This document shows, piece by piece, positions 1 to 10,087 of a stretch of DNA of 64,000 nt. A program made the position numbers and the translations under genes. The DNA comes from Escherichia phage vB_EcoM_P54. Every line of letters starts with the position of its first letter. Position 1 is the first letter of the stretch. The stretch is from the sequence record PV390658.1; one strand, written 5' to 3'. The notes beneath the pieces were generated by a model, which did no database searches, was not told where the DNA came from, and saw only the letters and a program-made list of their open reading frames with translations.

Positions 1-1851
1 ACCTCTACAGATATGGAAGAATGGCTCTTCTAAGTCCTGCTTCTCAAATGGTGAGATGTCTGCTGCAACATTCATATGGAAACTGTTTGTAAAATATTCC
101 TTATCAGAAACGCCTTTGATAACGCCAAACATATCTCTGAACTGTTTTAGCTGAGTTCCACACAATGACTCTGCTGGAGTGCCATATACTGCATACAGGA
201 AGCCATCTTCATTCTTAAACTCTTCAGTTTTCATGTTAATGTATGCCAGAACATCGTATGCAAAACTAGAACTTCCAACTTCATGAAGTCGTTTACCTTC
301 AGCAAGAACAGATAGTTCATCAAGCGCAGTAACCCCAAAAGAAGCTGTGAAGGACTTCACGATATCCCAACCAACCTTGTCAGTAGGTTTCTTAGTCCCT
401 TTGTACAGACCACCTTGTGTGAATGCAAGAGGGTTAGAACTTGCTGGCATATTAGCAATCATTTCGTAGCGTTTCTTGTGGAAGCTGCGAATCATCTCTA
501 GGTACTTATCAAGCTCTTTCCAGAAATCTAAACCATTCTCTTTAGAATACTGGTAAATCATTGGCAAGTTCAAAGATACAGCACCAATGTTAGCACGTCC
601 AACGTAGAACTCTTCTCCATTCTCGTTAAGATATGGGGATAAGAAAGCTCTGCAACCCATCGGTGAAATTACCTTGCCAGAACGCTCAAAAGCCTCTGCT
701 ACAGCACCATGACCAGATACACTTAAGAAGTCTGGATACATTGCTTTAGAGCAACACTCAATAGCTTTACTGTACAGTTGGCCTTGACAGATATTCTCAT
801 TGTGTCTCTTCTGGTCATGAATATAAACCAGTTTAGGGAATACAACAGGCTTCTTGCTCTTACCTTGTCCATTCATGCGAACATCAAGAATGGTGTTTGC
901 AATCATGTATTGTAGTCGGTTGTCTTCATTAGACATGTCTGAGTCAAGTAAACCAAATGTTAAAGTTGTGAATGCGAAATCACCACGGCTACAAGGTACA
1001 GTGTTTAGCTTCATCTCTAGTGACTGGAAGCCCTGAGTTAATTCAAGCTGTAGCTGCTCCATGACATAATTATGGTAATGTTCTTTAGGAATACCGTAAG
1101 ATGCTGCTTTCTCAGCATGATAGCGTAGAGACTTCTTAGCATACGGTACAAGCACCTTATCAATCTCTGCTAAAGTAAAACCACCAAATTGCTGTGCAGT
1201 TGCTGAAAGAACTACATCACCGATAACTTGTAAGGCTGACAGTACAGACTTCGGTTCACAGTATTCGATGCCAGACATTTCAAAACCACCTTTCAGTACT
1301 TTACCAATGTCAAACAGGCAACAGTTGATACCACCAAAAATTAGGTCTCTTAAGTCATGGATGTAGATAAACCCTTTTTCAATGGCTTCGAGTTCCTCTG
1401 GTGTTAAATGGTATTGTTTAAAGATTTCTTTAGTCAGATAGCCACGAATAATTGAACCTTTTGTAGAAATTAAACTGCTGTCAAAGTTAGCATTTTCACG
1501 GTCACCTAAGAAGAGTGTGTCTTTAGTCTTTTGGTAAAGCTCATCCCAATTTTGAGCAACCTCTTTACGGTAATTTCTATATGTTGAGTAAGACTCATAA
1601 ATCTCGTGATTGACTTCTGCCAAAGCACCCTCAACAATACTGTGAATGTCATTTACCGAGATGAGCAAATTATTCTGCTTAGTGGACTTTACCAGAATCC
1701 TCATAAATGCTGACTCAAGAGCTTGGGTAACATCTGGTGGAAGTTCTTTATACCCAACCCTGTTAGCTGACTTAGTTACTGCTGCTAAAACTTTTTTGAT
1801 ATCAGGTTCTTCAAGTGAGCCATTCTTTTTAATAATCTGTACTTTGTTCAT
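1..1851 (-). CDS. nrdD: anaerobic ribonucleoside-triphosphate reductase NrdD (class III), N-terminal ~617 codons; 3' end lies beyond the window start
   Basis: Minus-strand frame open from ATG at 1851..1849 to the window edge, so absent from the ORF track. My translation starts MNKVQIIKKNGSLEEPDIKKVLAAV (ATP-cone) and near the edge reads YFTNSFHMNVAADISPFEK, matching the T4 NrdD segment WYTNSFHVSVEENITPFEK as I recall it. Confidence 0.8.
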   Translation of the reverse strand, partial: MNKVQIIKKNGSLEEPDIKKVLAAVTKSANRVGYKELPPDVTQALESAFMRILVKSTKQNNLLISVNDIHSIVEGALAEVNHEIYESYSTYRNYRKEVAQNWDELYQKTKDTLFLGDRENANFDSSLISTKGSIIRGYLTKEIFKQYHLTPEELEAIEKGFIYIHDLRDLIFGGINCCLFDIGKVLKGGFEMSGIEYCEPKSVLSALQVIGDVVLSATAQQFGGFTLAEIDKVLVPYAKKSLRYHAEKAASYGIPKEHYHNYVMEQLQLELTQGFQSLEMKLNTVPCSRGDFAFTTLTFGLLDSDMSNEDNRLQYMIANTILDVRMNGQGKSKKPVVFPKLVYIHDQKRHNENICQGQLYSKAIECCSKAMYPDFLSVSGHGAVAEAFERSGKVISPMGCRAFLSPYLNENGEEFYVGRANIGAVSLNLPMIYQYSKENGLDFWKELDKYLEMIRSFHKKRYEMIANMPASSNPLAFTQGGLYKGTKKPTDKVGWDIVKSFTASFGVTALDELSVLAEGKRLHEVGSSSFAYDVLAYINMKTEEFKNEDGFLYAVYGTPAESLCGTQLKQFRDMFGVIKGVSDKEYFTNSFHMNVAADISPFEKQDLEEPFFHICRG

Positions 1852-1870
1852 TATTGCCCCTTTACATGCT

Positions 1871-1891
1871 AAAAAGGTCTCCGAAGAGACC
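1871..1891 (-). terminator. rho-independent terminator
   Basis: GGTCTC-cgaa-GAGACC hairpin followed by a U-run on the minus strand. Confidence 0.55.
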
Positions 1892-1899
1892 CTTTCATT

Positions 1900-2106
1900 T
1901 TAAATCTTTTTAGAAAACTTCGAAAAGAGTTCTCTTAGTTTTTCAGTGATGCCTAACTGTATCTCTAATATTTCAAAGATAACCCATATTAGCATGGCTC
2001 CAAACAATGAACCTTGTTCAAAATCAGCAAATAGGTTAATAACAAGCATACCAATCACAATAACTGGTGCATCAACAACCAAACCTTCCCAAAGGCGTTT
2101 AAGCAT
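1900..2106 (-). CDS. small hydrophobic protein (68 aa), hypothetical
   Basis: ORF track 1900..2106; hydrophobic segment VVDAPVIVIGMLVINLF; sits between NrdH-like gene and nrdD. Confidence 0.35.
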   Translation of the reverse strand: MLKRLWEGLVVDAPVIVIGMLVINLFADFEQGSLFGAMLIWVIFEILEIQLGITEKLRELFSKFSKKI

Positions 2107-2341
2107 TGTTCACCTCTGACATAAAATTCTGTAGCGTTCCAACAGGTTCTAGGTTTTGACCATCAGTTTTCATGATGAGTGGCATCTGACGAACTGGCAT
2201 CTGTGCAATATCCATCAGGTCTGACAGTTCATAATCCTGCCCTAACATTCTCACAACATGGTCAATACCACGAGCTTTTGCAAAATTCTTTGCAGTCTCA
2301 CACTGAGGGCATCCAGTTTTGGAGTAAATTACATAAGTCAT
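2099..2341 (-). CDS. nrdH: glutaredoxin-like redoxin (NrdH/thioredoxin fold)
   Basis: 80 aa; N-terminal YSKTGCPQCETAK with CPxC redox motif; directly downstream of nrdB. Confidence 0.65.
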   Translation of the reverse strand: MTYVIYSKTGCPQCETAKNFAKARGIDHVVRMLGQDYELSDLMDIAQMPVRQMPLIMKTDGQNLEPVGTLQNFMSEVNNA

Positions 2342-3414
2342 TAAGGAACCTCTAAAAATCCACTATTCAAATCATCTACAACAGTATTCAATAAATACGC
2401 ACCGTTCTGTTGCTCCTGATTAGCATTCTGCTCTTTATCAATTTCCATCTTCTTAATCATATACTTCAAAGGTGGTTCTTTAGGAGCTACAAAATCTCTG
2501 GGAATGCCAAACATATCATACAGTGGGGCAGCATTATAGTAAACCCACTCATGAAGAAGCTTTGTATTTAATCCAACTACAGCGCGTCCTTCGGAGAAGA
2601 TATAATACGACCATTTCTCTTCGCTTTCAACTACTTCATCTAAGATTACTTTAATCTCTGGAAGAATTTGTTGGAAAGCTTTTTGCCACTCATCATCTCT
2701 TAAAGTTTCTTTTAAAACTTCAATATCAATTTTAGTGTGAAGGATTTCATCAAGCATAATTTTCTGGACAGCTTGAGCAATACCCTGAAATTTATCTTGA
2801 GCATCAAGTGCAAAAGTACATGCAAAGGATGCCATAAAGGATATACCTTCCAGTGCAGTCACTGCAAATAGACCTTTTAGAATCACTTTATGGAAGTGCA
2901 AAGGGTCTTTATCCAGAAGTGAGTCACGGACATAACTCAGTCGATAGTTTATGCCTTCATCTAGTAATTCTTCAAGAACACGATTCACAGTTTTTAATCG
3001 GTCTTGCACAGCAATATTCTGGTTAATCTCATCTAAGATTGTTTCAGGGTTTTTAATACATTGCCTTACAATCTCCGAGTAAGTGAGGGCATGTAGGTTT
3101 TCAATCTCAGACTGCTTCATAATTGCAGTTGCATAAATGTCATCAGAGATGAATGGTGCAAAGGCAAACGCTAAACTTTTAGCAACTTGAGTATCTGCTT
3201 CCCATTGCCACTTAAGAATCTCAAGCATTACACCTGACATTGATGCTGGTACACTCTCAAAATCAAGACGTGATTGTTCAAAAGGGAACTCATCTTCTGA
3301 CCAGTCTTGTGCTTTTTGTTGTTTATATAGTTCAAAGATTTTTGGGTAGTGTTTATTAAGTGAGTCGAATGTTTTTCTCTCACCACCTAAAAAGATTGGG
3401 TGTTGGTTAATCAT
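2341..3414 (-). CDS. nrdB: ribonucleotide reductase class Ia beta subunit
   Basis: ORF track 2341..3474; diiron-type RNR small-subunit-like sequence; I place the start at ATG 3414 (MINQHPIFLGG) which has an AAGGAG RBS and abuts the upstream ORF stop. Confidence 0.85.
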   Translation of the reverse strand: MINQHPIFLGGERKTFDSLNKHYPKIFELYKQQKAQDWSEDEFPFEQSRLDFESVPASMSGVMLEILKWQWEADTQVAKSLAFAFAPFISDDIYATAIMKQSEIENLHALTYSEIVRQCIKNPETILDEINQNIAVQDRLKTVNRVLEELLDEGINYRLSYVRDSLLDKDPLHFHKVILKGLFAVTALEGISFMASFACTFALDAQDKFQGIAQAVQKIMLDEILHTKIDIEVLKETLRDDEWQKAFQQILPEIKVILDEVVESEEKWSYYIFSEGRAVVGLNTKLLHEWVYYNAAPLYDMFGIPRDFVAPKEPPLKYMIKKMEIDKEQNANQEQQNGAYLLNTVVDDLNSGFLEVP

Positions 3415-3668
3415 AGCGTGATTTCTCCTTTCTTTATCATCTCTAAGGCTTGTTTTCTGTCTAAAACTTCCCAATTTTCTTTGTTAAACATGTCATAAGG
3501 TCTTGCATAGATTTTACCATCTGCTGTAGAGATGTAAGAGACACCAGCGACCCATGAGTCATCATTCTGTTTTATCATCATATCTGTGCTACTCACATAG
3601 TACAGCGTTTTCCGAGGTTTGTGGAGCAAGTATATGGGTCTCTCATGTTTTTCTATTAAGTCTTTCAT
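3411..3668 (-). CDS. hypothetical protein (~86 aa) between nrdA and nrdB
   Basis: ORF track 3411..3752 overlaps nrdA 3' end; internal start MKDLIEKHERP at 3668 has a GGAG RBS. Confidence 0.4.
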   Translation of the reverse strand: MKDLIEKHERPIYLLHKPRKTLYYVSSTDMMIKQNDDSWVAGVSYISTADGKIYARPYDMFNKENWEVLDRKQALEMIKKGEITL

Positions 3669-3723
3669 AGTTTCTCCAAAGTTAATTTTAGAGGGTCTTT
3701 TACGACCCTCGTAGTTATTAAAA

Positions 3724-5958
3724 CTAAACACCACAACCCTCGCAATAAGCATCTTGCAGTGCAGATTTACCTACACCAATGCGGCTGTTGAGATAGTACA
3801 TGGTTTTCATACCTACTGAGTTGGCATAAATCATATACTTCAAAGCTTGAGCCAATGATACCTTCTTAGCTTTTGCGTAGTCAACATAGAAATCTGAAGA
3901 GATAGCTTGACCAGTGAACTTTTGAACAATTGCATAACAATCAATCAGGTCAAAGGTGTCAATATCCCAAGCAATTTCATAGACATACTTCAACTCTTCA
4001 TAATCTGGAACAATAAACAGTACGTTACCAGTTGCAGACTTTTTAGTTAAAATAAAGTCACGAATTGGATACAAGCCATTTGTCGTATTAGTTGCCAGTG
4101 AAGAACTCTCATTAGGCATGTAAGCTTCTAATACAGAGTTACGGATTCCACCATTTTCTTTAATACGTTGTGCTAAGTCATCCCAATCATAACGAAGTTT
4201 TGCATCATGCTTCTCATCAATCTTCCTGTTAGCTGTCTTCGGAGGAACCCAACCTTCAGGATACTTAGTGAACTGCATATACTCAGGTACACCACGTTCT
4301 TTAGCAAGTCTTAAAGAAGCTTCGTGTAAGTAGTAAGAGTGCATTTCAGCAAGCTCATGAAGCTTCGTCTTACCTGCTCTTGAAGAATAGTTCACGTAAT
4401 TTTTTGCAAGGTAATGAGCCACATTTGTAAGGCCAATACCAACAGAACGACGCTTCTGAACATGGTTGCGCATCGACGGATACGGATAATCCATAAGGTC
4501 AATAACGGAGTCAACCATTGCAAGAGCATAATAAGCAACGTCAGCGTATTCATCTTCTGAAATTCTCCCTGCAACCAAACTAGCTAGGAAGCAAAGAGCT
4601 ACCTCACCATCCTCTTTCACAGCATCATCTCTGTAAAGGTCTGTCTCTTTCTCAAAGCCGTACACTGGCAACACAATTTCCATACAAAGATTTGACATCT
4701 TCAAAGGTTCTTTAAATGGTGTATGTGTGTTTGCATTATTTGTGAAGAATGGGTACACACGTCCTGTTGCATAACGCTGCTGGATAAACAGTTTAGCAAT
4801 TTCACGAGCCTTCACCCGTCTGTGCTTCACACCTGAATGCACTGCATGACCAACTGCCATAGCAAACTCATCAGCAGATGCTGTGTAGAACATGTCATAG
4901 AGTTTTGGTGCATCCTTGTAAGAGAATAGCAACCAGTCTGTATCATATTGAACACACTGCCAGAAATAATCATTTGTACCAAATGAGTAGTCCATCTCGT
5001 TAATACGTTTCGAAGGAACCGTTGTAGGGTGCTTCAAACGCAGTAAATCTTCAATCTGCGGGTCTAGAGCGGTGTAGAAGTTGTTAGCTGAACCACCACG
5101 GCTCTTTTGTTTGTTTGCCTCTACAGATGAACGTACAAGCTTGTAATAAGGTAGTTTACCCATATGCTCAATAGTATTTTGACGGATACCATCACCAATA
5201 GTGCGAGTCTCCATCAGCATCCCAATACCAGCTTGCTTTGTAGTCATATCATAAGCAACCTTTGCAGCAATACCTAGAGATTCAGCAGTATCATTCGCCT
5301 TAATCAAACAGCATGACGCATAACCTGATTTAGTAGCTCTTAAACCATTCAGATAAGGCGTAGGAGCATTAATCTTAAGGTCAGATAGGTAAGTGTATAG
5401 CTTGATAACATCTTGCAGTCTACGGTGCTTTGGTTGCTTCTCAAAGGCTTTCATAGCCATACCCATAAACATAAACTGTGGTGACTCAAAAAGTCTTCCC
5501 GTTTTAATATCACGGATACCATACTTGTCTCTGAACTGTTTCAGGACTGCATAACCATAAGAGATATCTTTTGAGTGCACAATGTATCCTTGCAGGTATT
5601 CAAGCTCTTCCTGAGAATAGTCCATCTTCTCCCAAAGTCCTGCTCTCTCCATATTTTTAACGAAGGTAACCAGCGTAGGAACCTTAGTAAAGCCTCCAAA
5701 GGCTTCTTTGTAGATAATCCCTAGAAGTAGCCGTCCAGCCATGTCTGAGTACTCTTGAGTTTGTTTATCAACACAAACATCAATCATAGCTTGGTGCATC
5801 TCTTTTGTAGTGCAACCTTCATAGACACGTTTCATGGCTTCCATAGTGACTTCTGACCAAATAATACCACGCTTATCTGCCCATGATGCCCACTTATTCA
5901 GTCTTTCTGGGTCAAAGCTTACTACTGTACCGTTTGATTTTTTAATTGTCTTAATCAT
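3724..5958 (-). CDS. nrdA: ribonucleotide reductase class Ia alpha subunit
   Basis: 744 aa; N-terminal ATP-cone (IKKSNGTVVSFDPERL), SNLCMEIVLP region, C-terminal redox tail CEGCGV. Confidence 0.9.
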   Translation of the reverse strand: MIKTIKKSNGTVVSFDPERLNKWASWADKRGIIWSEVTMEAMKRVYEGCTTKEMHQAMIDVCVDKQTQEYSDMAGRLLLGIIYKEAFGGFTKVPTLVTFVKNMERAGLWEKMDYSQEELEYLQGYIVHSKDISYGYAVLKQFRDKYGIRDIKTGRLFESPQFMFMGMAMKAFEKQPKHRRLQDVIKLYTYLSDLKINAPTPYLNGLRATKSGYASCCLIKANDTAESLGIAAKVAYDMTTKQAGIGMLMETRTIGDGIRQNTIEHMGKLPYYKLVRSSVEANKQKSRGGSANNFYTALDPQIEDLLRLKHPTTVPSKRINEMDYSFGTNDYFWQCVQYDTDWLLFSYKDAPKLYDMFYTASADEFAMAVGHAVHSGVKHRRVKAREIAKLFIQQRYATGRVYPFFTNNANTHTPFKEPLKMSNLCMEIVLPVYGFEKETDLYRDDAVKEDGEVALCFLASLVAGRISEDEYADVAYYALAMVDSVIDLMDYPYPSMRNHVQKRRSVGIGLTNVAHYLAKNYVNYSSRAGKTKLHELAEMHSYYLHEASLRLAKERGVPEYMQFTKYPEGWVPPKTANRKIDEKHDAKLRYDWDDLAQRIKENGGIRNSVLEAYMPNESSSLATNTTNGLYPIRDFILTKKSATGNVLFIVPDYEELKYVYEIAWDIDTFDLIDCYAIVQKFTGQAISSDFYVDYAKAKKVSLAQALKYMIYANSVGMKTMYYLNSRIGVGKSALQDAYCEGCGV

Positions 5959-5975
5959 TTTTAAATCCTACAGGT

Positions 5976-5999
5976 GAAAAGAGCCTCCGAAGAGGCTCC
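5976..5999 (-). terminator. rho-independent terminator upstream of nrdA
   Basis: GAGCCTC-cgaa-GAGGCTC hairpin then UUUU on the minus strand. Confidence 0.6.
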
Positions 6000-6004
6000 C
6001 TAGT

Positions 6005-6343
6005 TTAAATCTTGAAAATTTGCTCATTCTGCCACATATCGTAAAACTTATCACTTACTTTTGTGACTGAAGAAGTGTGCATACAATTCAGGAAGAACCA
6101 TGATGATGTATTATTCTCCATAAGTGTTTCAAGTTTTTGTGTAACGTTCACATCCATGTCTGCAACAACGTAATTACCTCGCATCTTGCAAACAATTCTT
6201 CCAAACAAGATTGCACTTCTGCCTCTTCGGTCATCACAGTACATAACTGTGTCTCCGTGCTTAACGTCTTGTCCGATACTGTCAACACCTAACTTAGCAC
6301 CTGAGATAATGTCATCATAAGATAACTTTTTTGCTTTAGACAC
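6005..6343 (-). CDS. hypothetical protein (112 aa)
   Basis: ORF track; packed head-to-tail with neighbours; terminator hairpin just downstream. Confidence 0.45.
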   Translation of the reverse strand: MSKAKKLSYDDIISGAKLGVDSIGQDVKHGDTVMYCDDRRGRSAILFGRIVCKMRGNYVVADMDVNVTQKLETLMENNTSSWFFLNCMHTSSVTKVSDKFYDMWQNEQIFKI

Positions 6344-6668
6344 GGTATTTCTCCAAGTTTCTTTTTAGATATAACCAACCATAGTCAGTTCTTTCTACAC
6401 CCATGAAGAGTGGAGCCATCACAACTTTCCCAAAAGTATTTCTGTGTAGGCAGATTTCAAAGGAATACTCTTTCTCGATATCAATCCCATATTTGTACAG
6501 GACTGCTTTTAAAACTTGTTCATTATCCAGAAGTGTATCTGGAGTCTCACCATACTTCTCAAGTAACGGGTCATACATAAACACCGTCATAGAGATATTG
6601 TAGTTTGAGAAGTGGCTCTTCTGAGCCACACCTTCTTTATTAATGTTCTGTGAATCCATTATAACCAA
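6336..6668 (-). CDS. hypothetical protein (110 aa)
   Basis: ORF track; overlaps neighbours by a few nt in operon-like packing. Confidence 0.45.
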   Translation of the reverse strand: MVIMDSQNINKEGVAQKSHFSNYNISMTVFMYDPLLEKYGETPDTLLDNEQVLKAVLYKYGIDIEKEYSFEICLHRNTFGKVVMAPLFMGVERTDYGWLYLKRNLEKYRV

Positions 6669-7395
6669 CCCCTTTTAACCAGCACTTCAGGTTATTAGCA
6701 TCATAATTCAGTTTCGGGTATGAGGTTACATGGAACTGCTCACCATCATAGTAGACAATATCTGCAATCCATAGCCCATTCTCTTTACAGAAATCTTTAT
6801 CTGCTTTAGAGGTAATTGGATTAACTTCTACAAAACCATCTACACCCAAATCCTTTAAGCTACCTACAATACCTTTGCAGATAACGCATGTCTCAGATAC
6901 TACCACAAAAAGTTCTTGGCTTTCAAGCTCTACAATGTATTCACCAAGCTGTACTTTAGGGAGATTTGATTGCTTCATAATCTTCCCATCTGCTGCACGG
7001 ACAATTGCATACCATTCTTTACCATCAACTACTGACATTCTGATGATACACTCTTGACCAGTACGCTTCTCAATATCTGCAAGACGTTTTAAAGCTTCTT
7101 CATAGTCGTCTGTGTACTTTAGGTCATTATTATGGCAAACAGCTTCCATAGCGCCATTGTGGTCATGTTGTGACAGATAAATTAGACCGTCAAGAACATA
7201 TTGCAAATCTGCCTGAGCATCCAGTGTCTCAATGGGGTCTTTCTCTTCAATTGCTTTTACAAGCTCTTTTGCTTCTTCAAGCATACACAGAGACTGGGAT
7301 TTCAAAGATTCCCAATACTCATCACTGTAAGGTTGCTTTTGGGTGTTTCCGCAACGAAGATTCCAGTTTTTTACTGATTCTCTTGAGTTAAACAT
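6640..7395 (-). CDS. MazG-like NTP pyrophosphohydrolase domain protein with extra C-terminal domain
   Basis: 251 aa; N-terminal region EAKELVKAIEEKDPIETLDAQADLQYVLDGL resembles the all-alpha MazG/NTP-PPase fold (from memory); C-terminal ~130 aa unassigned. Confidence 0.45.
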   Translation of the reverse strand: MFNSRESVKNWNLRCGNTQKQPYSDEYWESLKSQSLCMLEEAKELVKAIEEKDPIETLDAQADLQYVLDGLIYLSQHDHNGAMEAVCHNNDLKYTDDYEEALKRLADIEKRTGQECIIRMSVVDGKEWYAIVRAADGKIMKQSNLPKVQLGEYIVELESQELFVVVSETCVICKGIVGSLKDLGVDGFVEVNPITSKADKDFCKENGLWIADIVYYDGEQFHVTSYPKLNYDANNLKCWLKGVGYNGFTEH

Positions 7396-7633
7396 TCGGA
7401 CTCCTTAAAAATCTGTTAACTTTTAGCTCTCGTGTTTCAATATATTCCAGATGCTCACGTAACTCTTGACGTTTAAGCATTAGGTGCTGCATTTGAGATT
7501 CAACAGCTTCAACTTCTTTAATTATTGACTCTCTGGCATTTGCAAGAATGCGCTCAAGTTCTTCAATCTTGCTGTCAACCTTTGCTACATGACTCACAGC
7601 TTTACTTTTGTTAAACATTTTATTCTCTCTCAA
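7388..7633 (-). CDS. hypothetical coiled-coil protein (81 aa)
   Basis: ORF track; heptad-like charged sequence. Confidence 0.4.
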   Translation of the reverse strand: MRENKMFNKSKAVSHVAKVDSKIEELERILANARESIIKEVEAVESQMQHLMLKRQELREHLEYIETRELKVNRFLRSPNV

Positions 7634-7639
7634 TAGTTA

Positions 7640-8137
7640 TCAAGCACAATTTGCTTTCATTACCTTATGGATTCTTTTTTCAGCATCTTCATAAGTTTCT
7701 TTAGTGATAAACTTAATTGCTGCAATATTGGCATTGTAGAAGAGTCTGAGCTTAGAGTCAATCCTTTTTGTCATTACATCGAATTTATGTTGAAGGTTTG
7801 CTTCGCCATAAACTAGACCGCCTTTTGTGTAGTAGGTTTGAATAATGTAAAAGTCAAAAAATTCTTTTCCAAAGCTCTCAATATCTTTTTTAATATACTC
7901 AGAAGAAGTCTCATAAGTCATCCAATCACTCTCCTTAGTGACTACCTTCTTCCGAGTCTTACCAGCAACTTTTCTTTTGGTCACGCTATTAAGCTGTTTC
8001 TTTCCAATATAATATTGTCCGGTTTTCTTACAGTATACTAAATAGACAAAACCAAAATGTTTAGCGGGGTCAACTTCCCCGCATAAAGATATCCAATGAC
8101 CATAGGTAGGACAATTGCCAAATCCTTTAATCTTCAT
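7640..8137 (-). CDS. GIY-YIG family endonuclease-like protein (possible homing endonuclease)
   Basis: 165 aa; FGFVYLVYCKKTGQYYIGKK fits the GIY-(10-11)-YIG spacing. Confidence 0.5.
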   Translation of the reverse strand: MKIKGFGNCPTYGHWISLCGEVDPAKHFGFVYLVYCKKTGQYYIGKKQLNSVTKRKVAGKTRKKVVTKESDWMTYETSSEYIKKDIESFGKEFFDFYIIQTYYTKGGLVYGEANLQHKFDVMTKRIDSKLRLFYNANIAAIKFITKETYEDAEKRIHKVMKANCA

Positions 8138-9167
8138 TCATACACGGCTCCCAATTATATTTCTTAAAAGAGAAATTATCTTTTGGATTTCTCTCTTGAT
8201 ATGCTATCCAGAAATGCTGTTCCATTAACTCTAATGGCGTTTTGGTAACAGTCTGTCCATCCCATGACACATAGGTATAAGAGTCTTTTTTAGCATAGAG
8301 TTCATAGATAGCATCAAGGCACTCTTTATATGTCTCTTTACCATCTAAAGCATTCATTACAGCTACTTTGCCAGCACCTTTAAGGCCGAAGTAGTTGTCT
8401 GCATTATCTCCAGCAACAGCCTGATAACACAAGAATTTAAAACCTACACCAACTGTTTTTGCAGCTTTTGGTTTTGATTTGATAGGACAATCCCAGATAT
8501 CACCAACATTATTGTCAGCAATAAAAATTAGTGGTGACTTTTCATAAGTCATATCAATACAATAAGTCCCTTCAGCTTGTCGAAGGTCTTTGTCAATACT
8601 CATAAGAGCAGCTTTTTTACCCATCTTTTCAGCTTTAGCAATTACGATTGAATCAGCTTCGAATCCACCCTTTAAGAGTTTGAACTCTGGTCTGGATAAA
8701 AGATATTCACGACAAGCGACTAAATGTGTTGGTGTGACAGCATCTTTACGGTTACCTTGATATTGGTGCTCAAGACCTTTAACGTCTTTATGTTTATGTA
8801 CACCTTTCTCTGTTAAGTAACCTACCCAAGTTCTTTCTTTGCCAACAATCTTAAGCCATTCCTGAAGAACCTGCTGAGTAGCCATGATAGCTTCTTTTTC
8901 ACTCTTAGCTTCTTTCCAAGTCTGTCTTTCCCATTCATCTTCATCAAATGCTAGGCCAAGCTCTTCTACAAGGGTTCTCTGGTCTGCTAACCATCTTGCA
9001 GCATCTTTTGCGTTATCAAATGATTCAGATTCTTCTGCTGTGAGCTTATTGACATATTTATATTTTGCTTTCTCAACTACACAAGCACCTTTATAGGCAA
9101 TACTGTCAGAGTCAATAAAGACATGTGTAACTGAATCGGGAAGTTTTTTTAATGTGTACTTCTCCAT
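8127..9167 (-). CDS. 5'-3' exonuclease, FEN-1/RNase H-like
   Basis: 346 aa; N-terminal VFIDSDSIAYKGAC and later SIDKDLRQ acidic clusters resemble the T4 RNase H / T7 gp6 flap-nuclease pattern; GGAGAG RBS. Confidence 0.6.
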   Translation of the reverse strand: MEKYTLKKLPDSVTHVFIDSDSIAYKGACVVEKAKYKYVNKLTAEESESFDNAKDAARWLADQRTLVEELGLAFDEDEWERQTWKEAKSEKEAIMATQQVLQEWLKIVGKERTWVGYLTEKGVHKHKDVKGLEHQYQGNRKDAVTPTHLVACREYLLSRPEFKLLKGGFEADSIVIAKAEKMGKKAALMSIDKDLRQAEGTYCIDMTYEKSPLIFIADNNVGDIWDCPIKSKPKAAKTVGVGFKFLCYQAVAGDNADNYFGLKGAGKVAVMNALDGKETYKECLDAIYELYAKKDSYTYVSWDGQTVTKTPLELMEQHFWIAYQERNPKDNFSFKKYNWEPCMNED

Positions 9168-9229
9168 TGTGACTCTCCATATGAAAAAGCCCCATACTAA
9201 GTACAGGGCTTTAAAGTAACTTTTAGAGA

Positions 9230-10087
9230 TTAGTCTTCTGTATCGAAGTCTTCATCTTCTTCGTCATCTGGGTCTGGCAAGTCTTCATCGTCACCATCAT
9301 CAGAATCATTCGAAGGTTTGTGGTCTTTTGCGTCTTCTTCAGTGATTTCACCATTATCTTCAACACCATCAAGACCAAGCATAGCCAGTTCGTCTTCATC
9401 CAGTTCAGGTTCACCGTTAGCACCGTTACCACCAGTGTAAGGTACAAGGGTGTCAATGATAAACTGTTCCTGAATAGGTTTTGTCAGAACATTGTTCTCA
9501 AAAGTGTAGAAGTGAGTAGAAAGAATCACACTACCAAAAGAACCGTTACCAACTGCAATATCTGGATGAATTACATCATAGTTCTTGTCATCTTCATGTT
9601 TATCGGATGCTTGAGCTTTGATTTTCTTCATCGGCTGTTTAACAGCTACACGTTTACCATTTACTTCTTCAATCAGCATTACAGGGAATGACTGTTTAGC
9701 TGTCCACACAGCACCATCTTTATAAGCTGCTGCACGACTTACTTTCAAGATGTAGTAAGTGTCTGCTTCAAATGGTGGTTTGCAACCAAACTTCTCTTCG
9801 AAGTCATCTGCATCAACCGCTTCAGTAGTAACTTTATCCCAACCTTCTGGGTTTTTCTTAGACTTAGTGAACTCTTTAAACAGTTTGTTACCATCTTCTG
9901 CCAGAATTGAAACACTGTAGTTGCAGTCTTTGCCTGGGAATTTCTTATCAATGGATTTACCTTTTCCCGGACGTGGTGAAGTGTTCAGGTAATAAAACCA
10001 GACATCTTTCAGAAGGTAACGCAGAGTTTGACGTTCAGTACCATTGTACTTCTCTACCGGAGCTTTCATTTTAACAACTTTAGACAT
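9230..10087 (-). CDS. putative ssDNA-binding protein with acidic C-terminal tail (T7 gp2.5-like)
   Basis: 285 aa; C-terminal ~60 aa strongly acidic ending DEDFDTED with a penultimate aromatic, as in T7 gp2.5; lies in the replication module. Assignment rests on the tail and context. Confidence 0.45.
   Translation of the reverse strand: MSKVVKMKAPVEKYNGTERQTLRYLLKDVWFYYLNTSPRPGKGKSIDKKFPGKDCNYSVSILAEDGNKLFKEFTKSKKNPEGWDKVTTEAVDADDFEEKFGCKPPFEADTYYILKVSRAAAYKDGAVWTAKQSFPVMLIEEVNGKRVAVKQPMKKIKAQASDKHEDDKNYDVIHPDIAVGNGSFGSVILSTHFYTFENNVLTKPIQEQFIIDTLVPYTGGNGANGEPELDEDELAMLGLDGVEDNGEITEEDAKDHKPSNDSDDGDDEDLPDPDDEEDEDFDTED

Noticed and set aside
2341-5958. Group I introns or inteins in nrdA, nrdB, nrdD or td as in T4
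   Set aside because: Reading frames are continuous at normal lengths with no long structured interruptions.
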